Assembly: GCA_046754465.1 (NCBI GenBank)
Contig: JBHHVU010000002.1
Coordinates: 1-64,000 of the forward strand
Length of the DNA stretch: 64,000 bases
Reading direction: 5' to 3'
Source of the DNA: Nitrospinaceae bacterium
GTDB lineage: Bacteria; Nitrospinota; Nitrospinia; Nitrospinales; VA-1
This document shows positions 49,076-58,855 of this stretch, one piece after another. The notes under the pieces are model-generated. The model did no database searches. It was not told where the DNA came from and worked only from the letters and a program-made list of their open reading frames with translations. Positions within the stretch are counted from its first letter, which is position 1. Each line of letters opens with the position of its first letter. The position numbers and the translations under genes are program-made.

Positions 49076-51481
49076 ATGAGTGAAACAAATGATTTGCCCA
49101 TTCCGAGACCGGACTCGGATGAATCCCCCGTTGTACAACCCAAACTGGATGAATCCCGGGAATGGGTGATCGACACCTACCGCAAACACCAGTTACAGCG
49201 GGTTTCGGCTTGGCTGGACGCATCGCTGGGAGACGGTCCCCGAAGCAAAAATTACCTTCCCCCGGTGTTGCTCGACACCAACCCGATCCGCCACCGGCAA
49301 AGCCTCATGGAGCAGGTGTTCCCCTCTCCGCGAATCATCCATGAAAATCTTCTGGAGGTGGACCGGCTCAAGATCATGATCCTGGCCGGTTGGGGAATGG
49401 GAAAGACTACCTTCCTGAAACTATATCAGGAAACGCTGCTCCAGGAACCTCCCCATCCGGTCTATTCGCTGCCGGTTTATTTTCACCTGGGCCATCTGCC
49501 CGAGGGGACAGGATTGGCCCGGTTCCTGGAATTCTCGTGCCGGGAAATACGCGAGGTGGTTCTTCTGGAAAAGGAGGAATCGCCCGAGCTGGAACTGGAC
49601 GAGGAATGCCTGATGCGGACCATCGAGTCGATCGCCCGGGCCAGTAAAATCATTTATCTGTTGGACGGCATCGACCAGCTTCATTCCGAGGACCGGTTCC
49701 AGGTCTATTTGGATACCTTTATCGAGGACCGGACCTTTCGAAGCAATTTCATGATCATGATCAGCCGTCCGTTCGATCTGGGATCTCTCGCCACCGACTC
49801 CGTGGTCAGGAAAGGACAGGACGCGGGTTTTCAAATCGAGTTTCAACGGATTGAAGAAAAAGAACGCAACCGGTTCCTGGGAGAAGCTCATAAAAACCCC
49901 GTGCTCCGCCGGCTATACCCCTACTCCCCCGAACTCCTCGATACCCCCCTATTGTTGAGAATGATCCGCACCCTTTCCGATCACGGGCTATTGGACGATG
50001 TGGGCAACCGGGGGGATATTTATACGGCCTGGTTTTCCCATATCCTGGATGTGGTCCAACCCGAAAGCGATCCGCAAGGGGCCGAAAAATATTTTCGGGG
50101 GTTGATGGATCTGTCGTTTGGATTGATGGAATCGGGCCAGGCGCAACGGTTCCAAACGGTGGAGACCGGGTTCGGCAAGGAGGCCCTGGTCCAGGACCCC
50201 AAATTCACGTTTCTGGAGAATGATGATATCCCACCGGCCCTGGACGGGGTGCTGCAGAAATCCGGCACGCGCTGGGAATACCGGCATCCTTCCTTCCAGG
50301 AATATCTCGCCGCGCGGGCTTTGGCCGCGCGTCCCGATTGGAAAAAGATCGTCCGCGTTCATTGCCGCGATGAGAAATGGGAAGAGGTGATTAAATTTTT
50401 GTCGGGCATGGTTTCCGGCGCCGAATTGTATGAGATTCTTCTGGAGGAGGGGGCGGTTTTTCTCGCGGGCCATTGTCTGGGGGAGGTCCGGGAATTGCCC
50501 GAGGACCAAAGGCTGTTGACCGGGCACTTGTTGAAGTACCAGTGCAAGGAGGCTTATCCGCAGTTTGCCCGCTGCCGGTTGATCAAGACCACCGATGTGA
50601 CCGGCGCCGTCGACCGCCCCATTCTCCAAGCTTATCTGGCCCGCTTGCTCAATCGGGAAAAAAGAGACAGCCGGATTCTTTTTGCCACCCTCGAACTGGT
50701 GCTGGCCCTGCATGGGAAAGATATCCATGAACTGAAGGACGCACAGAATTTCGCCCCCCTGAACGGCCTGGAGGAACTTGCGGAATTTCTTGGAGAAGCC
50801 CGGAATCCGCGGCGGGTCGATATGGGTAAGGTGAACCGGTGGGGCGAAATGGTCACCGTTCCCGCGGGAAAGTTCATTTACCAGGAAGAGGAGGATGAAG
50901 AGGACCAGATCAATCTGCGGGAATATTCCATCATGAAGTACCCGGTGACCAACGCCTTGTTTCAGGAGTTCGATCCGAATCACCGGACCCGGTTCCCAAA
51001 ATATTCCAGCCGGGAAGACCAGCCGGTGATTGGCATCAATTATTATGAGGCGCTGGTCTTTTCCATTTGGTTTGGGAAACGTCTGCCGCTTGAAAAGGAA
51101 TGGGAAAAAGCCGCCCGGGGAGTGGACGGCAGGGATTATCCTTGGGGAGAAGCTCAGGGCTACCAAAGTGGGTACACCAACACCTGTGATTTTATGTTGG
51201 GACAAACCAGCCCGGTTACGGAATTTGAAAAGGGTTCCTCTCCCTACGGCTGTTTCGATATGTCCGGAAACGTCTGGGAGTGGTGCGTCCAGCTCCATGC
51301 TTCCAAACACACCACCCAGCAAATGGTTCGGGGTGGTTCGTGGCTCAATTACATGGTCCATTCCAAATGCAAGTTTCGTAATGCCTTTGATCCTTCCGAA
51401 CGTTACCCCGCCGTGGGCTTCCGGTGCGTTTCCGGTCCCCAGTTCACCGAAATCGAGGAAGAGGACCCCGACGGTGAATAA
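49076..51481 (+). CDS. NACHT/STAND NTPase fused to a C-terminal FGE-sulfatase (C-type-lectin fold) domain
   Basis: Walker A AGWGMGKTT, Walker B LLDGIDQ, PLLL, HPSFQEYLAA; C-terminus KYPVTN, RLPLEKEWEKAARG, YPWG, DMSGNVWEW, RGGSW, VGFRC. Confidence 0.85.
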   Translation: MSETNDLPIPRPDSDESPVVQPKLDESREWVIDTYRKHQLQRVSAWLDASLGDGPRSKNYLPPVLLDTNPIRHRQSLMEQVFPSPRIIHENLLEVDRLKIMILAGWGMGKTTFLKLYQETLLQEPPHPVYSLPVYFHLGHLPEGTGLARFLEFSCREIREVVLLEKEESPELELDEECLMRTIESIARASKIIYLLDGIDQLHSEDRFQVYLDTFIEDRTFRSNFMIMISRPFDLGSLATDSVVRKGQDAGFQIEFQRIEEKERNRFLGEAHKNPVLRRLYPYSPELLDTPLLLRMIRTLSDHGLLDDVGNRGDIYTAWFSHILDVVQPESDPQGAEKYFRGLMDLSFGLMESGQAQRFQTVETGFGKEALVQDPKFTFLENDDIPPALDGVLQKSGTRWEYRHPSFQEYLAARALAARPDWKKIVRVHCRDEKWEEVIKFLSGMVSGAELYEILLEEGAVFLAGHCLGEVRELPEDQRLLTGHLLKYQCKEAYPQFARCRLIKTTDVTGAVDRPILQAYLARLLNREKRDSRILFATLELVLALHGKDIHELKDAQNFAPLNGLEELAEFLGEARNPRRVDMGKVNRWGEMVTVPAGKFIYQEEEDEEDQINLREYSIMKYPVTNALFQEFDPNHRTRFPKYSSREDQPVIGINYYEALVFSIWFGKRLPLEKEWEKAARGVDGRDYPWGEAQGYQSGYTNTCDFMLGQTSPVTEFEKGSSPYGCFDMSGNVWEWCVQLHASKHTTQQMVRGGSWLNYMVHSKCKFRNAFDPSERYPAVGFRCVSGPQFTEIEEEDPDGE

Positions 51482-51599
51482 TCCGATTCCCGAACTCCAT
51501 CCCGGGAATTCCGATAAAAATTCTTTCCAGTCTCCTCCCCCCATAGGATTTGAAAAACCGTGACTAACCCGCGCCAGGTTGCAGGGAATAAAGTTTTCC

Positions 51600-51628
51600 T
51601 TGACACTCAATGATTGAGTTTTTATCAT
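51600..51628 (+). promoter_or_regulatory. Sigma70 promoter with a palindromic operator in the spacer, upstream of REC/HD-GYP-motAB
   Basis: TTGACA-17-TATCAT; inverted repeat ACTCAAT-G-ATTGAGT at 51605-51619. Confidence 0.6.
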
Positions 51629-51796
51629 AAATTCAAAGACTTAACAAAATCTGGCCGTCCTCTAAGGCACTTTCCCCGGAAAAAAATGCCGGAAATTGAG
51701 TGTTTTTCTGGTTGAAAGTAAATTTCCTTTAATGTCATGCGGCCTGCATACTGATCATTTTGCCTAAACCCCTGTTGGGGCCGGAGGAAAGACTTT

Positions 51797-53146
51797 TTGG
51801 AACTCTCCGAAAAAACCAGGAAATTCCTTTGTGTGGATGAGGACTCGGCGCTCTACCGGGAAATAGAAGCGGCCCTGAACCAGTTGTTGGGTCAAAAGGT
51901 GAAGGTTCACCACACCTCCAGCGGGGAAGAGGCGGTTGCCCAAGTTCGTGATTGGAACCCGGATTTTGTCTTTTGCGCCGTTCAACTGCCTGGGGCGGAT
52001 GGTTTTCAATTATGCCGGGAATTCCGTAAAATCAGCAAACCATGTGCCCTCATCCTGTTATCCCCTTATGACCCGGACCACGATTTTGCCGGGGAGGCAA
52101 GAGAAGCTGGGGCGGATTTTTATCTTTCCAAACCCCTTAAGAGGGGGGAACTCTTTTTCGTGGTGAATTCTTTTCTGCGGGTCGCCCACCTGAATGATCT
52201 GATTTACCAGAAAAACAAGCAACTGGAGGGGTCTCTCGAAAAGTTGAAGGTTTTTCACAAGAAACTGGCCGGACTCAATTACGAACTGCATCTGGACAAG
52301 CGGCGGCTGGGGACCAATCTCAAGGAAATGACCTCCTTGAACAGTCAACTGCAGGAAAAAAATTCCCAGATTTCCGCCATGGTCGAGGAAATGGGTAAGC
52401 GGTTTGAATCCACCGAGGGGCTTCTGGTCAACATCATCGAATTGCATCAAGACGATCACCGCGGGCATTCCGAACGGGTGGCGGAAATCGCGACCTTCAT
52501 CGCCGAAAAAATGAAACTGACGGATTACCAGATTCGCAACATCAGGACCGCGGCGCGTCTGCATGAGCTGGGTATCGTTGCTCTTCCGACCAAGGAAAAG
52601 CGAGTGGAGGCAATGGATGAGGCTACAAACCGCCTCCGCACCAAGCATCCTCTGGTGGGCGAGATGCTCTTGAAAGGATTTCCGGGTTTTGAACTGATCG
52701 CCGACATCATTCGGCATTTGCACGAGAACGTGGACGGATCGGGCAGTCCTGACGGATTGTACGGAGACCGGATCCCCGCGGGCGCGAGAATCATTTCCGC
52801 CGCGAGTTTTTTTGACCATGAAAGAATCTTCCGTCCCGAAAGCTCCCTCACCGAGATCATGGCCACCCTGGACAAGCAGTCCGGGATCATTTTTGACGAG
52901 CAGGTCTTGAATTTTCTGGGGGAATACGCCGATTCTCTTAAAGAATCGGGAGAAGATAAATTCATGGACTGTTCCGTCTTTGCCCTTTCCGAGGGCATGG
53001 AACTGGCTTCGGATATCTATTCGGAGTCGGGCATCAATCTTCTGCGCAAGGGAACGGTTTTGAATCAGGAGATCCTAAACCAGATCTTGAAGTTTCACAC
53101 AGTGGATCCCATTGCAGGCAACGTAAAGATCAGACAGGCTTCATAA
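51797..53146 (+). CDS. Degenerate receiver, coiled coil and degenerate HD-GYP protein
   Basis: REC fold with phospho-Asp replaced by Ala (FVFCAVQLP); HSERV, LHELG and HLHENVDGSGSP HD-GYP-like motifs; TTG start. Confidence 0.82.
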   Translation: MELSEKTRKFLCVDEDSALYREIEAALNQLLGQKVKVHHTSSGEEAVAQVRDWNPDFVFCAVQLPGADGFQLCREFRKISKPCALILLSPYDPDHDFAGEAREAGADFYLSKPLKRGELFFVVNSFLRVAHLNDLIYQKNKQLEGSLEKLKVFHKKLAGLNYELHLDKRRLGTNLKEMTSLNSQLQEKNSQISAMVEEMGKRFESTEGLLVNIIELHQDDHRGHSERVAEIATFIAEKMKLTDYQIRNIRTAARLHELGIVALPTKEKRVEAMDEATNRLRTKHPLVGEMLLKGFPGFELIADIIRHLHENVDGSGSPDGLYGDRIPAGARIISAASFFDHERIFRPESSLTEIMATLDKQSGIIFDEQVLNFLGEYADSLKESGEDKFMDCSVFALSEGMELASDIYSESGINLLRKGTVLNQEILNQILKFHTVDPIAGNVKIRQAS

Positions 53147-53149
53147 CTT

Positions 53150-53956
53150 ATGGATTTTGCAACCTTAGTTGGAATCGTCGCCGGAATCGGACTGGTCCTT
53201 TCGTCCATATTGATGAACAGCGGTTTATCGCTGTTCTATAACGCACCATCGGCCATGATCGTTCTCGGGGGGACCCTGGCCGCCACCCTCATCGCTTTTC
53301 CCCTCAACGAATTGTTGAAGGTGCTGGGACTGTTCCTGAGAGTTTTTTTGGTGAGGAAATCGGACCATTATGAACTCATCGAAAGCATGGTCGCGGTCTG
53401 TAACGTGGCCCGGAAGGGCGGGGTTCTGGCCATCGAATCGAAACTCAAGGAAATCGACAACGAGTTTCTGAAAAAAGGGCTGGAGATGACCGTGGATGGA
53501 AAAGACGAAGCCACGGTCAGCACCCTGCTGAAGCGTGAGATCAAACAGATTCAAAAATCGCACAAGGATGGCTGGGAAATTTTCAACCAGATGGGAGCGT
53601 ACGCGCCTGCCTTCGGGATGATCGGAACCCTGATCGGCTTGATCCAGATGCTCGCGGACTTGTCCGACGTCAATTCCGTCGGTCCCAAGATGGCGATCGC
53701 TCTGATCACCACATTTTATGGCGCCGTATTGGCCAACCTGATTTTCATCCCCATGACCGTGAAACTCAAGCGCCGAAGCGCCACCGAAACCCTGGAAATG
53801 AACCTCATCCTCGAGGGCATCTCCTATATTCGGAAAGGGGTCAACCCCCGTTTCATGAAAGACGTGTTGGAAAATTTTCTTGACTCCTATCACGGCAAAA
53901 AAACCAAGAAGGAAAATGGGGACAATGGAAAAAAACCGGCCAAGGGAAAGAAATAA
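53150..53956 (+). CDS. motA: Flagellar stator A subunit (MotA/PomA)
   Basis: APAFGMIGTLIGL and ALITTFYG. Confidence 0.95.
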   Translation: MDFATLVGIVAGIGLVLSSILMNSGLSLFYNAPSAMIVLGGTLAATLIAFPLNELLKVLGLFLRVFLVRKSDHYELIESMVAVCNVARKGGVLAIESKLKEIDNEFLKKGLEMTVDGKDEATVSTLLKREIKQIQKSHKDGWEIFNQMGAYAPAFGMIGTLIGLIQMLADLSDVNSVGPKMAIALITTFYGAVLANLIFIPMTVKLKRRSATETLEMNLILEGISYIRKGVNPRFMKDVLENFLDSYHGKKTKKENGDNGKKPAKGKK

Positions 53957-53962
53957 TTAATC

Positions 53963-54778
53963 ATGGCGGAAGAAAAAAATAAAAAGAAATCCCCCGACCC
54001 CGTCGAAGAAGAAGAGGAAGAAGAGGAGGAAGAATCCGGCGAAGGTGTACCCGCCTGGGTCATGACCTTCGCCGATCTGGTCACGCTTCTCATGGTGTTT
54101 TTTATCCTTCTATTCGCGATGGGGTCCATCGAGGATGAGAAGTGGCGCCTCGTCAAGGAATCGCTGAAAAGCGCCCTGGGTTCCGAAGTGATTCCCGAAG
54201 CCGGAACCAGGTTGGGCGTGGATGTCATCAAACAGGCTCTGGAAGAGGAGTCGATCCATGCCGTCGACGAAGTGGGAGCCATGGTTTCCAAGGAGATCGA
54301 GGAAATCGCCTCGGAGGTCGAGGAATTTGTATACAAGAACAAGCTCGCCGGTCAAGTTCAGGTATCCTCCGACGAACGCGGGGCCATCATTACCGTTTCC
54401 GATGTGGTCTTGTTTCCCGCGGGACAGGCCCGGATGACCCTGGATGGGAAAACTGTCATGAAACAGGTTTTTGACCTGCTTTCCCAGTTCAACTATCAGG
54501 TGAAAATAGAAGGACACACCGATAATTCCCCCATCCATTCGGAAAAGTATCCTTCCAATTGGGAGCTTTCGGCCTCCCGCGCGGCTGAAGTCGCCCGGAT
54601 GCTTGTCAGGGAAGGTTTCCCGCCCGAAAATCTCAGTATCGAAGGATTCGCCGAATTCCGTCCCAAGTTGCCCAACACCAGTCCCCATAACCGGGCCGTC
54701 AACCGCCGGATCGAAATTGTATACCAGCGCGGGAGCATTCGAAAACATATGGTGGATATTTTACGCAGACACGGGTAG
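53963..54778 (+). CDS. motB: Flagellar stator B subunit (MotB/PomB/MotS)
   Basis: WVMTFADLVTLLMVFFILL TM; OmpA-like GHTD, NWELS..RA, NRRIEI; N-terminal E10 tract. Confidence 0.95.
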   Translation: MAEEKNKKKSPDPVEEEEEEEEEESGEGVPAWVMTFADLVTLLMVFFILLFAMGSIEDEKWRLVKESLKSALGSEVIPEAGTRLGVDVIKQALEEESIHAVDEVGAMVSKEIEEIASEVEEFVYKNKLAGQVQVSSDERGAIITVSDVVLFPAGQARMTLDGKTVMKQVFDLLSQFNYQVKIEGHTDNSPIHSEKYPSNWELSASRAAEVARMLVREGFPPENLSIEGFAEFRPKLPNTSPHNRAVNRRIEIVYQRGSIRKHMVDILRRHG

Positions 54779-54918
54779 CCCCCCAAACCCTTTCGCGGTT
54801 ATAATATTTCCCGGCTTTATCGCCGATCATTTATTCCTCATGTCCAGGGAACCCCTTTAATCGAGACCCCGTGCGCCGAATGAAAATCCGCGCAGGTTTC
54901 ACCGAGAATTCATCGAGC

Positions 54919-56013
54919 ATGGAAACCCATGAGAGTTACATGAGCCGAGCCCTGGCACTGGCCCGCAAGGCGGATGGGCGAACCAGTCCCAATCCCATGG
55001 TGGGCGCTGTGATCGTAAAAAACGGAACGATCGTCGGGGAAGGGTGGCATAAAAAGGCCGGTCTTCCCCATGGAGAAATCGTGGCACTGAGAAAAGCGGG
55101 GCCGCGCGCCAAGGGAGCGCAGCTTTATGTGAATTTGGAACCCTGTTGCCATTATGGGAAAACCCCTCCCTGCACCGATGCCATTGTTGCCGCGGGAATC
55201 CGGAAAGTAGTGGTGGGCATGAAAGATCCCAACCCCCGGATGCGTGGAAAAGGCCTTCGCCAATTAAGAAAAAGCGGGATCGAGGTGGAAACGGGGATTC
55301 TGGAAAAAGAATGCCGGCGATTGAATGAAGTCTTTGCCAAATTCATCCAGACTGGCAGGCCGTTTGTTATTTTGAAGGCCGCGATGTCGCTGGATGGCAA
55401 GATCGCCACGCGGTCCGGTCAGTCCCGGTGGATCACCGGAGTGAAGGCCCGGGAAGAGGCCCACCGGATGCGCGGCCGGGTGGATGCCATCCTGGTTGGG
55501 ACCGGTACCGTAGTCAAGGATAATCCTTTTTTGACCACCCGGTTAAGAAAGAAAGCGGTCAAACATCCGGTTCGTGTTATCTTGGATCATAACCACAGGA
55601 TCCCCTTGACGGCGAACGTATTCAAAAACACCGGGACTCAAAGGACCCTTTATGCCACCGGAACGAAACCCCCCGCGCCGCGAAAGGAAAAACTTCTTCG
55701 CAAGGGGGTGGAGATCCTTGTGGTGAGGGAAAAGGACAGGCGGGCCGACCTGAAGCACCTGATGACGCTTCTGGGCGGGATGGGAGTCACCTCGGTTTTG
55801 ATCGAAGGCGGCGGAGAGGTTCATGCCAGCGCCCTCCGGGATGGTATTGTGGACCGGGCCGTATTTTTTGTCGCCCCGATTATTATCGGCGGCAGGGAGG
55901 CGGCGGCCGCGGTTTCCGGGGAGGGGATCGGGTATCTTAAGAAGGCCTGGAAAATTAAAAATATGGAGATCCGTCTCGTCGGGGAAGATCTTATGGTGGA
56001 AGGAACTTTATAG
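54919..56013 (+). CDS. ribD: Riboflavin biosynthesis deaminase/reductase
   Basis: PNPMVG, HGE, LEPCCHYGKTPPC, SLDGKIA, EGG; start may instead be GTG 54871. Confidence 0.95.
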   Translation: METHESYMSRALALARKADGRTSPNPMVGAVIVKNGTIVGEGWHKKAGLPHGEIVALRKAGPRAKGAQLYVNLEPCCHYGKTPPCTDAIVAAGIRKVVVGMKDPNPRMRGKGLRQLRKSGIEVETGILEKECRRLNEVFAKFIQTGRPFVILKAAMSLDGKIATRSGQSRWITGVKAREEAHRMRGRVDAILVGTGTVVKDNPFLTTRLRKKAVKHPVRVILDHNHRIPLTANVFKNTGTQRTLYATGTKPPAPRKEKLLRKGVEILVVREKDRRADLKHLMTLLGGMGVTSVLIEGGGEVHASALRDGIVDRAVFFVAPIIIGGREAAAAVSGEGIGYLKKAWKIKNMEIRLVGEDLMVEGTL

Positions 56014-56015
56014 CC

Positions 56016-56669
56016 ATGTTCAGTGGAATCATTCAGAGTTTGGGCACTGTGGACAAAATCACGCACCGGGAGGAACGGGCAGAAATGGTAGTACGGACAG
56101 AGCCGGGGTTCACCGGTTTTGAATTGGGTGAGAGTGTTGCGGTCAACGGCGTGTGCCTGACCGTCCGCGACGCCGGTGAGAACTTTTTTTGCGTGGATTT
56201 GAGCACGGAGACCCTGAATCGGACCAGTTTCAAGGAAACGAAAACGGCCTGTACGGTCAATCTGGAACGCGCCCTGACGCCGTCGCAAAAAATCAGCGGG
56301 CACTTTGTTTCCGGCCATATCGACCAGGTGGGTACGGTGGTGGAGATCACCCCCAAACCCGGTGAGGTCCTTTTCCGGCTTGAACATTCTCCCGAAATCA
56401 GTCCCTTCATTATCGAAAAAGGCTCCATCGCGTTGGATGGGATCAGCCTGACCGTGTTCTCCTGCCGGGACAACCAGTTCTCCGTTTCCATCATTCCCTA
56501 TACCCTGAGGCATACCAATTTGAACGCCCGGAAAATTGGGGACCGCGTCAACCTCGAATGTGATATGATTGGCAAATATGTCATCAAAGCCTGTGAAACC
56601 ATTTTGAGTCAACCTTCACAAGAGAAGAAACTGTCGCTGGATTTGCTCCGGCAGAACGGATTTCTTTAG
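56016..56669 (+). CDS. ribE: Riboflavin synthase (alpha chain)
   Basis: [28 protein letters not shown]. Confidence 0.95.
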   Translation: MFSGIIQSLGTVDKITHREERAEMVVRTEPGFTGFELGESVAVNGVCLTVRDAGENFFCVDLSTETLNRTSFKETKTACTVNLERALTPSQKISGHFVSGHIDQVGTVVEITPKPGEVLFRLEHSPEISPFIIEKGSIALDGISLTVFSCRDNQFSVSIIPYTLRHTNLNARKIGDRVNLECDMIGKYVIKACETILSQPSQEKKLSLDLLRQNGFL

Positions 56670-56689
56670 ACCGATTAAGGGTATCCAAG

Positions 56690-57922
56690 ATGAAAAAGCC
56701 GTTCAGCGCCCTCGATGAGGTGTTGGAAGAAGTTAGGCAGGGCCGGTTCATCATCATAGTGGACGATGAGGATCGGGAGAACGAGGGAGATCTGATGATC
56801 GCCGCCGATAAGGTGACCCCGGAGGCCATCAACTTCATGGCGAAGTTTGGACGGGGATTGATCTGCCTCGCCCTGACCGAGGAAAGAACACGCACCCTGG
56901 GTTTGCCAATGATGGTGCAGGACAACCAGTCCCACTTTGAAACGCCTTTCACGGTCTCCATTGACGCCCGGGAGGGGGTGACGACGGGCATCTCCGCCGC
57001 CGACCGCGCGCGAACCATTCAGGTGGCGATCGATCCCGAAACCCAGAAAAGCGATCTCGTCAAACCGGGCCATATTTTTCCCCTGCGGGCCAAGGATGGC
57101 GGGGTGCTGGTGCGGATGGGGCAAACCGAGGCGTCGGTCGACATGGCGCGGCTGGCCGGTCTGGAACCCGCCGGCGTCATTTGCGAAATCATGGATGAGG
57201 ACGGCACCATGGCCCGGGTTCCCCGGTTGACCAAATTCGCCCACAAGCACGGGTTGAAAATGATCACCACCAAGGATCTCGCCGAATACCGGTTGCAGCG
57301 GGAAACGCTGGTGGAGGAGGCGGTCAGCACCATATTGCCCACGGCCTATGGAGAATTCAAGGCGGTTACCTTCAGAAACGTCTTGATCGACCAGGTGCAC
57401 ATCGCCTTGGTGAAGGGGGACATCCAGCCCGATGTGCCCACCCTCGTCCGGGTTCACTCCCAGTGTTTGACCGGCGACGTTTTTGGCTCATTCCGCTGTG
57501 ATTGCGGGGATCAATTGAACAAGGCCATGGAAATGATCAGCAAGGAAGGCCTGGGAGCCCTGTTGTATTTGTACCAGGAAGGCCGGGGCATAGGCATTAT
57601 CAACAAATTAAAGGCGTATGCCCTGCAAGACGAGGGAAAGGACACGGTTCAGGCCAATGAAGCTTTGGGATTCAAGCCCGATTTGCGGGAGTACGGCATC
57701 GGCGCCCAAATTCTTGCCAAACTCGGGCTTGGCCAAATCAGGCTCATGACTAACAACCCCAGGAAAATCGTCGGGCTGGAAGGTTACGGCCTCCACATCG
57801 TGGAGCGGGTTCCCATTGAAGTTCGCCCGCGAAAACACAACATCAAGTATTTGCAGACCAAGCAAAAGAAGATGGGCCATTTGATCAAGAATATTTCGTG
57901 TAACGTTGTCCAGGAAAAGTGA
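56690..57922 (+). CDS. ribBA: DHBP synthase / GTP cyclohydrolase II
   Basis: [32 protein letters not shown]. Confidence 0.96.
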   Translation: MKKPFSALDEVLEEVRQGRFIIIVDDEDRENEGDLMIAADKVTPEAINFMAKFGRGLICLALTEERTRTLGLPMMVQDNQSHFETPFTVSIDAREGVTTGISAADRARTIQVAIDPETQKSDLVKPGHIFPLRAKDGGVLVRMGQTEASVDMARLAGLEPAGVICEIMDEDGTMARVPRLTKFAHKHGLKMITTKDLAEYRLQRETLVEEAVSTILPTAYGEFKAVTFRNVLIDQVHIALVKGDIQPDVPTLVRVHSQCLTGDVFGSFRCDCGDQLNKAMEMISKEGLGALLYLYQEGRGIGIINKLKAYALQDEGKDTVQANEALGFKPDLREYGIGAQILAKLGLGQIRLMTNNPRKIVGLEGYGLHIVERVPIEVRPRKHNIKYLQTKQKKMGHLIKNISCNVVQEK

Positions 57923-58387
57923 ATGGTTAATCGGATTGAGGGTGACCTCGACGCCAAGGGATTCAAATTCGGAATCGTCGTCAGCCGGTTTAACGATTTC
58001 ATCACCAGCCGGTTGTTGGAAGGGGCGGTCGATGCATTGGTCCGCCATGGTGCGGATTCCAGCGGCGTGGACGTGGTCCGTGTTCCCGGGGCGTTGGAAA
58101 TTCCCATGGCCGCCAAAAGAATGTGCGGCGGGAATAAGTATGATGCGGTGATTTGTCTCGGGGCGGTGATTCGGGGGGCAACCCCCCATTTCAATTACGT
58201 GGCGGCCGAAACCAGTAAGGGAGTGGCGGCGGCCGGGCTGGAAGCCTCCATCCCCGTCCTGTTCGGAATTCTCACCACGGATACTCTGGAACAGGCCGTG
58301 GAACGGGCGGGTGCCAAGTCCGGAAACAAGGGATGGGAAACGGCGCTGGCCGCCATCGAGATGGTTAATTTGTACAAAGAAATTTGA
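57923..58387 (+). CDS. ribH: 6,7-dimethyl-8-ribityllumazine synthase
   Basis: [22 protein letters not shown]. Confidence 0.96.
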   Translation: MVNRIEGDLDAKGFKFGIVVSRFNDFITSRLLEGAVDALVRHGADSSGVDVVRVPGALEIPMAAKRMCGGNKYDAVICLGAVIRGATPHFNYVAAETSKGVAAAGLEASIPVLFGILTTDTLEQAVERAGAKSGNKGWETALAAIEMVNLYKEI

Positions 58388-58402
58388 GGTCCCGGAAACC
58401 CC

Positions 58403-58834
58403 ATGGGAAATAGACGGTTTTCCCGAGAACTGGCGTTAAAGTTTCTTTATCAGTATGAATTTAATGCCGACCATGTTGAAGAACAGATGGAAGTTTTTCT
58501 GGAAAGGGTTTCTTCCAAGGATGCCGTGAAGGAATTCATGCGGGAACTGGTCTATAAAGTCCTCCTTCATCAAAAAGAAATCGACGAGCTCCTTAAGAAA
58601 TACAGCGAACACTGGACCCTGGACCGCATGACGGTGATCGACCGCAACATTTTACGGCTGGGGGTGAGCGAACTGATGTACGCCCGGACCACCCCACCCA
58701 AAGTGGCTATCAACGAAGCCGTGGAGATTGCCAAGAAATATGGCAGCAGGGAATCACCCGATTTCATCAACGGGATTCTGGATAAAGTTTTCAAGGAAAT
58801 AGCCAAGGACGTGGCCCCGTCCTCCCTCGGGTAA
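58403..58834 (+). CDS. nusB: Transcription antitermination factor NusB
   Basis: RRFSRE, DRNILR, INEAVEIAKKY, FINGILD. Confidence 0.95.
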   Translation: MGNRRFSRELALKFLYQYEFNADHVEEQMEVFLERVSSKDAVKEFMRELVYKVLLHQKEIDELLKKYSEHWTLDRMTVIDRNILRLGVSELMYARTTPPKVAINEAVEIAKKYGSRESPDFINGILDKVFKEIAKDVAPSSLG

Positions 58835-58855
58835 TCCTTTTCCGGGGCGGCTCCC

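Noticed and set aside
49988..51628. 546-aa antisense ORF, and similar long shadows such as 1862-2998, 3321-4598, 16337-17662, 18429-19772 and 36756-38225
   Set aside because: They lie opposite well-supported genes, carry no recognisable motifs, and are expected from codon bias in GC-rich DNA.
51320..51790. Diversity-generating retroelement targeting the FGE-sulfatase C-terminus
   Set aside because: No template repeat, reverse transcriptase or Avd gene is visible in the window; a remote DGR cannot be excluded.
54779..54918. FMN riboswitch ahead of the rib operon
   Set aside because: The gap is short and I could not find RFN consensus segments.
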